This document shows, one piece after another, positions 59,201-64,000 of a stretch of DNA of 64,000 nt. Source of the DNA: Ruminococcus sp. (GTDB lineage Bacteria > Bacillota > Clostridia > Oscillospirales > Acutalibacteraceae); assembly GCA_051893995.1 (NCBI GenBank), contig JBJFHX010000161.1, forward strand, positions 21,580-85,579. The letters are read 5' to 3'. Position 1 is the stretch's first letter; every line of letters starts with the position of its first letter. A program made the position numbers and the translations under genes. The notes beneath the pieces are model-generated. The model ran no database searches. It was not told where the DNA came from and saw only the letters and a list, made by a program, of their open reading frames with translations.

Positions 59201-61593
59201 ACAAGCGTTGAGGTAATCTCGCTGTACTCAACGCCCTTGTACTCTGTGAAGAGCTTCAGGGTGTAGGTGTAGGTAACGCCGTTTACAAGGTCGGTGTCCT
59301 CGTAATAGTTCTTCGTCATATCATCGCCGAAGGTTGCAAGGAGCTTTTCTTCGTTGTCAAGCGAGGATTTTCTGTAGAGCTTTGAGCAGACTATTGCTCC
59401 CCAGTGAATCAGAAGTCCGGTGTCCTTGCCCTGCTCAAGAAGCTGGTTTGCCTTGAGATTCGGCTCCTGTCCGACATATACATACACAAATTCACTGCTT
59501 AAATCGCTGTCTGCAAAAGTGGGGTTGTTGCTTACTGCTTTTATCCTGTATTTTGTTACATTTGAGGCAGGAACCTCCTCGCCGCCGAGTCCCATTAATG
59601 CGGCATATGACGTTGAGGTTGTCGAGCCTATGTACCTGAATGTGTCGTCATCTCCGGTTGATGCATAAATCTGATAGTAATCTGCGTTTTCAATTTCGCT
59701 CCAACGGATTCTCGCACCTGTGTACACGCCTGTCTGGATTTCGTCAACCGTTGGTGTTTCAAGCTTTTTGCCGCCCGTTGACTGCACCTTGACAACACAT
59801 TCTGCCGTGATTGAGTTTTCGGTTGATACAATGAGCTTTGTTTCACCTTCCGAAACGCCGGTGATTGTTCCGTCCTGAGAAACTCTTGCAATTCCGCTGT
59901 CCTCTGTGTGGTAATAAACGCCCTTGTTCTGACCGAGCGTTTTTACTGACGCCGACACCTTGCAGGTATCGCCTTTTACCAATGTCACGCCTGACGGTGA
60001 AAGGCTTACCGATGTGGGCATATCGGCTGTGGGTGTATTGTATGCGGTTTTTACGGCTTCACTGATATTTATTTTGCCGTAGCCGTAGTATTTGTCGTAG
60101 CCCGTTTCACCCATATCGGTGCAGGTTTTGTAAATGATTTCCTTTACCACAGTTGAGGTGAGCGACGGATTTACGGAAAGTATCATAGCCGCCTCTGCCG
60201 CTACTACGGGAGTTGCCATTGATGTTCCGCTGAGCTGTTCGTAACCACGCTTAAAGTTATACTCGCCGTAGCTTTCGGGAATTGTGCTTAGTATGCTTGT
60301 TCCCGGAGCAGAAACCTTGTTGTCGGTTCCGCCGTAGTTTGAGTATGATGCCTTGCCCTGACAGCTTTCGTCAAGTGCGATTACGCTGAGCACTCCCGAG
60401 CAGTCCGACGGATATGCGTAACCTGATGAGTTCTCGTTTCCTGCCGCACATACTACCACACAGCCGCTGTTTATTGCCAGATCTACTGCCGACTGAAAGA
60501 TGTTGTCGGGGTCTGTTGCTCCGCCGAGCGACATATTGATTACTCTGATGTTGTTGACGATTGCGTAAAGCACTGCCTTGTAGATTACAAAGGCAGACAG
60601 GCTGTTTCCTGTGCCTGTGTCCGAGCCGATTTCCACAAGCTCGACTAAATCGTTGTTTACTGCCGAGGCTGTGCCTGCAACGCCGATTTCGTTGTTTGCC
60701 TGTGCCGCAACAATACCCGAAACGTGCGTTCCGTGTAATCCGTCATCATCCTTCAGCGGTGCAATTATTCCGTCACAGGTGATTCTTACGGATAAATCCT
60801 TGTTAATTACATTTTCAAGGTCGGGGTGGTCAAGCTGTGCGCCTGTGTCGATAATTCCCACTCTCACCTTTTCGTGAGGCACTCCCTTGATAAATTCCCA
60901 CGCATCAGGAGCGTTTACTGCGTTGAGGTAGTTGAGGTTGTCTGCGTAATAGTCGTTTAAAACCTCCTCTGCGTATATGCTCTCGGTTTTGTACACGTAG
61001 TCCTTCTGAACATAATCAACCGAGCTGTTCTGCTCAAGCTTATTTATTGCGGAGTCTACGGTATCCTCAAGCGGAATGCTCAGCTTTACAAGTTTTTTGC
61101 CGTCATTATAATCGCTTATTGCGGTAACACTTGTTCTGCCGTCCTCAAAAAGCGACGGAATATCCTCCTGCGCTATTCCTTTTTTCACCACAGCAAGCAC
61201 TTCTCCCGACATATAGCCAAGCTCTGTTTCGTCAGTGCTTCTCTCCTCGGCGGCATTTTCGTAGTTTTCAAGTATTTCCTGTCCTCTGGAGTCAATTGAT
61301 TTCTCCAGGTTTTCAATGCTCTCTGCGTCGCTTTCGAGATAGTACTCGTCAAGCAATGTTCTCAGGGCTTCCTCATATGTGGCTGCGTCGTCAATATCGT
61401 TAATCAGGTCACAAGCCCTGTCGGGATTGTCAGACTCCTTTTCTACCGCTTCTACTGCCGCCTTGTCATACTCTGGCGGTGCAGATACAGCCTGAGTATC
61501 TGTCAGAATGTTCACCGCTGTGCCGTTGCAGGCAATCGGTACAAGCAAGGCTATGCTTAAAAGCAGTGCCTGAATTTTTTTAAGTTTCTTCAC
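56224..61593 (-). CDS. S8 subtilisin-like serine peptidase with Ig/Fn3-like, InlB B-repeat, GLUG and dockerin domains
   Basis: Catalytic IIDTG, HGTHVSG, AAGN, GTSMATP; signal peptide; dockerin GDVDGDGELTIKDVT..ADTDANGVINIQDCT; Trp-rich C-terminal module. Confidence 0.9.
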   Translation of the reverse strand: MKKLKKIQALLLSIALLVPIACNGTAVNILTDTQAVSAPPEYDKAAVEAVEKESDNPDRACDLINDIDDAATYEEALRTLLDEYYLESDAESIENLEKSIDSRGQEILENYENAAEERSTDETELGYMSGEVLAVVKKGIAQEDIPSLFEDGRTSVTAISDYNDGKKLVKLSIPLEDTVDSAINKLEQNSSVDYVQKDYVYKTESIYAEEVLNDYYADNLNYLNAVNAPDAWEFIKGVPHEKVRVGIIDTGAQLDHPDLENVINKDLSVRITCDGIIAPLKDDDGLHGTHVSGIVAAQANNEIGVAGTASAVNNDLVELVEIGSDTGTGNSLSAFVIYKAVLYAIVNNIRVINMSLGGATDPDNIFQSAVDLAINSGCVVVCAAGNENSSGYAYPSDCSGVLSVIALDESCQGKASYSNYGGTDNKVSAPGTSILSTIPESYGEYNFKRGYEQLSGTSMATPVVAAEAAMILSVNPSLTSTVVKEIIYKTCTDMGETGYDKYYGYGKINISEAVKTAYNTPTADMPTSVSLSPSGVTLVKGDTCKVSASVKTLGQNKGVYYHTEDSGIARVSQDGTITGVSEGETKLIVSTENSITAECVVKVQSTGGKKLETPTVDEIQTGVYTGARIRWSEIENADYYQIYASTGDDDTFRYIGSTTSTSYAALMGLGGEEVPASNVTKYRIKAVSNNPTFADSDLSSEFVYVYVGQEPNLKANQLLEQGKDTGLLIHWGAIVCSKLYRKSSLDNEEKLLATFGDDMTKNYYEDTDLVNGVTYTYTLKLFTEYKGVEYSEITSTLVVDYLDDDPLDTNLGKCEITKAEFTNNNVRLTCVSPSQCFVQQCLCSDNNGKSWFDVLNSIGSGENAFYIDKLEFGKTYLLKYKGFENALFGLYRDRSEYSDTITLTMPAELEAPVIEAQTVNLSEVNIKWSATADADYYTVYRKSSGVWQKLADSVTGTGYCDSTITSGKIYYYKVVANKKSPDFRATKSNGESIVTNTGTQQSADSNTVLINTNAEISKKHLMCAEVTVIPEQTYTGSAVCPQVKAYYNGEILTEGKDYTLEYVSNTDTGTGYAVLSGIGDYDGNYAVPFAIADKTEYKYYTVTYKDYDGSVIKTQTVKEGETPSKIQAPYREGYEFERWNKPIGKVYEDITVTAIYSCAEKIFNVAFLDKDGNVLDRQKVAYGESAENPSAPEYEGYSFVRWSEDTSYITKSIAVKPVYRAVSFAGGNGTETSPYLISDREQLDLFSSLVNSSDEYAGASYKLTADIMYNDLADCEYWGNDNRTNEANNPEHIWTPAGTEQRPFSGNFDGNGHTITGLYVFSSDDYAGFLGYARNADVLCLKLESAYIKTENSFAGAIAGKFENTSDSEHKIQACCVSESAIIANGVSGGITGEFESNRATSGTVMSNCCSEGCYVYSLWDSITGGLVGSVVSNGGTMEIRNCYAYDEILLNYGNEQMQAGKLIGSFNTTYDNNAFCKLSNCYYDADNIPISGYEELCNNTGAYSFTDLTGFDDKNAKTVAANYSLQKYSSGDSSPELGDNVWVLSDGSVPKLYFEQERYAIRYYLDDELVSVKYYRKGEKAENPERYYCNDYISTDWEFSEEDFDGIMPANDISAYAHKYKSGDVDGDGELTIKDVTLIQKYLADVSGLEGTQLAAADTDANGVINIQDCTEIQMYNTHYIATLNGSEIPDAQIFSAVPSITLTLKDGTPQQWLANDKAVFELYDKDTGITYPMEKTGSVWVAEIPKAVSSVIIKRLNPSNGVVWNSWETEISGSTFTATSSKSGGWS

Positions 61594-61806
61594 GTTAATT
61601 CCTCACTTCTTATTTTTGCAGATTATCAATTCTGCGCTATCAGTCTATTATATCACAGCGGTGTTTGCTTTGGCTTGTAGAATATCGCATATTTGATTGT
61701 CATTTTTTATTATTTACTTTTAAAATTATGCGGACTATATCGGTAAACGTTATGCCGATTGTTTTTAACAAAAGAAAGTTGTCCGATTTAACGAGTAATG
61801 ACGGTT

Positions 61807-61835
61807 CCGACTGCTCATAAGGATAAAATATCGGA
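61807..61835 (-). repeat. Module-end motif copy 3 (inverted)
   Basis: Reverse complement tccgatattttatccttatgagcagtcgg matches 35898..35926 at 23/29. Confidence 0.55.
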
Positions 61836-61853
61836 CTTATTGAAAATCAGAAG

Positions 61854-61898
61854 AAAAGCCTCAAAAGTAATATCATCAGATAAACTTTTGAGGCTTTT
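61854..61898 (-). terminator. Terminator after the NACHT gene
   Basis: aaaagcctcaaaagt/acttttgaggctttt. Confidence 0.65.
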
Positions 61899-61919
61899 AT
61901 TATGTTGATGAATCAGATT

Positions 61920-64000
61920 TTATTTTGTAAGTTTTTGCACAATGGTCTTGCATTCATCTGATAAAGCTGTTTCAAATTCGTTGAAGAAATCAGTTTTATC
62001 AGGGTTAAAAGACAAATCCAGATTTTTTGCGTCGCAATACCAATAAACAGGATGGCAGCTGTCTGCAAGACCGTCTTTATTCTCCGGCTTTAAAATTGTT
62101 TCTTTGATTTCATTGTACTTTGCGTCAATATCATATTGTCTGCTGAATTTTTCATTCAGTATTATCTGATTAAGCAGATTATCGTCTTCAGATACAAATA
62201 ATCTTTCAGCATATATATTACTGCCGCTGAACATTTTAACCATACCGCGCAGATAGTTAAGCCCTTTGATATATTGTCCGTCAGCAAGCTTTAGTAAATC
62301 TTCTGCAAGAGCCAATGTACTGCTGTCTGTGAGCAAAGGATTTTTATTACCTTCATCTAAGGATGACAGATTCAGCTTTGCCAGCATACCTGCTTTGTAG
62401 ATGAAACCATCACGCAGACGGACGTAACCCTTCAAAAGTAATGCTACTGCCTGTCTGATGGGATAGTCAATTTCTCTTTTGCTGTAGTCTTTCTGTTTTT
62501 TGGTTGTAATAGTACAGTAATTAGCCCAGAATGCTTTTACACAATCGAACTGTTGTGAAGTGTATTTTATCAGATACGGAGCAGGTACAGAATACAACAT
62601 TCCAAGTACGCTTGAAGAAAGATTAAAGTTGAATTTTTCTGAATTGTATTCGAGTAAACCGAGCGCATTGGTGTATAGCTCATCAACTTTTGCAAATCCT
62701 TCGGATTTAATGTCAAATGTTTCGAGAAGTTCTCTTCCGGTGATGATATCCCTGTGCAGATGAATATAAAGTTTTGCTTTCTGATTAATAATCTGCTGAT
62801 TATCGGACGAAATCTTCTCGGCAAGTGCCGCCAGCTTAAGTCCGGTGACATATCTTCGGTTTCTTCGGAAATATTCGCACTCTTTGCTGAAAATATCTGC
62901 AAGAGCAAGTCTGCAGCGAAGATTGAGTTTTTCGTCAGGAATATTGATGATCTGATCAAGATTTCCGTTCTGATGGTATAGCATACATTCATCAGTTGCC
63001 GTACCTAATATTTTATGCAGTGAATTTTGTATTGAATTATATGGAATCTGCAGATAGTCTGAAATTAAAAATGCAGTGTGAATATATAGGATAGCAGTTT
63101 CATTTAATTCAAAATCATTGTTTTTAGTGATTGATGAATATAGATTTTCAAGATTTTTATCGACTGTTTTTTTATCATTTAGCTGCAGGTTTTCTTTTAC
63201 AAGATTTGCAACGCTGACAGAAACGTTCAGGTCTGCATAAATATCACAAACTGCCGTTATGTCATTTGTGTTATAGCTGTTTTCCAGGGCTTTTATATTG
63301 CGTAACACATTGAAAGCAATCATACTGTCCTTGATATCGTCATGTCGGAATTTTAAGTATTTATTGTCATTACACAATACCAGCGGTCCGTTTTGAGTTA
63401 AGATTTTGCACACCTTTTCAACAGATATTTCAGCATATGAAAAGATATTTTTATCTCCTGTTATTTCAAGCGTAGTTTCAAATAACAAATCAAGATTTTT
63501 CTTATGCAGATTCCTGACAATTTTTGTAATCTGTGCGGGAGTGATCTGATTATTTGCATAATTATCTATGGTCTGTGCAATATACGGTGCCGCAATATAA
63601 AAAGCATAGTAATCATCAGATGTACATTGACTCTGCCTGAACAATTTGCCGTAAATCTGCATCAACAAGTCAAATTGAGTTGTCGGTATGTTATCTTTGA
63701 GAGTTGACAAATGATTGTAATACAAAGGAATGGAAACAAGATTCTTTATTGTATCAGTCAGGTTCGGATGAGCTTTGATATAGTCATTATATTCCTTTTC
63801 GGGCACTCCGCTCAGACTGAATTGCCTGTAATTCTGCAAACTCTGGTAACGATTCTTGAAATCGAGGTCATCTCCGGCGCAGCGGCAGGTAATTATTATA
63901 TATGTATTGCCCCATTCGTTGCTGATACGCTGGATTTCTTCGGTGAGAGTTTTAATTGCGACAGGATTGGTAGAGGTGTATAATTCGTTAAACCCGTCAA
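61920..64000 (-). CDS. NACHT/STAND NTPase, partial (5' end outside window)
   Basis: The frame stays open from 63839 to the window edge and reads DGFNELY...YIIITCR (Walker B and sensor-1 of NACHT), then LVSIPLY and FRHD winged-helix motifs and a helical TPR-like C-terminus. Confidence 0.75.
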   Translation of the reverse strand, partial: DGFNELYTSTNPVAIKTLTEEIQRISNEWGNTYIIITCRCAGDDLDFKNRYQSLQNYRQFSLSGVPEKEYNDYIKAHPNLTDTIKNLVSIPLYYNHLSTLKDNIPTTQFDLLMQIYGKLFRQSQCTSDDYYAFYIAAPYIAQTIDNYANNQITPAQITKIVRNLHKKNLDLLFETTLEITGDKNIFSYAEISVEKVCKILTQNGPLVLCNDNKYLKFRHDDIKDSMIAFNVLRNIKALENSYNTNDITAVCDIYADLNVSVSVANLVKENLQLNDKKTVDKNLENLYSSITKNNDFELNETAILYIHTAFLISDYLQIPYNSIQNSLHKILGTATDECMLYHQNGNLDQIINIPDEKLNLRCRLALADIFSKECEYFRRNRRYVTGLKLAALAEKISSDNQQIINQKAKLYIHLHRDIITGRELLETFDIKSEGFAKVDELYTNALGLLEYNSEKFNFNLSSSVLGMLYSVPAPYLIKYTSQQFDCVKAFWANYCTITTKKQKDYSKREIDYPIRQAVALLLKGYVRLRDGFIYKAGMLAKLNLSSLDEGNKNPLLTDSSTLALAEDLLKLADGQYIKGLNYLRGMVKMFSGSNIYAERLFVSEDDNLLNQIILNEKFSRQYDIDAKYNEIKETILKPENKDGLADSCHPVYWYCDAKNLDLSFNPDKTDFFNEFETALSDECKTIVQKLTK

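Overview
Low-GC Firmicute chromosomal window. The four R. bromii-style dockerin proteins and the VQTG sortase signal point to a Ruminococcus-like Oscillospiraceae (inference). It is a mosaic of accessory modules. (1) A very large secreted prenyltransferase-repeat/vWA protein running off the left edge, missed by the ORF track. (2) Two dockerin-bearing phosphatases. (3) A GT-C gene divergent from a 7-gene surface-glycan operon: two CMP-ulosonate (sialyl-type) transferases, a CMP-sugar synthetase, an HMGL-type aldolase instead of NeuB/KdsA, a HAD+PRTase ribofuranosyltransferase-like protein, its degenerate paralogue and a HAD phosphatase. (4) An LnrJKLMN-like ABC/two-component module between 24-bp direct repeats, next to an integrase remnant. 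(5) CotH-dockerin plus an ECF sigma/anti-sigma pair that share a duplicated promoter segment. (6) An undecaprenyl-phosphate-type amino-sugar glycosylation operon (RffA, ATP-grasp::SDR fusion, GT2, two SMR/EamA flippase subunits, GT-C, cadherin-like protein). (7) A 2000-aa GLUG-repeat wall protein divergent from a LytTR two-component system with AlgR-type boxes. (8) A PerR-like regulator with a glutamate-synthase-FMN::rubrerythrin fusion. (9) An S8 protease-dockerin. (10) A NACHT NTPase running off the right edge. Intergenic DNA holds GTAG-type REP doublets, two long palindromic MITE-like elements and a recurring module-end motif, twice followed by a tRNA-Trp-like 3' fragment and an identical terminator. 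No rRNA, intact tRNA or CRISPR array was seen. All family calls are by motif recognition, not database search.
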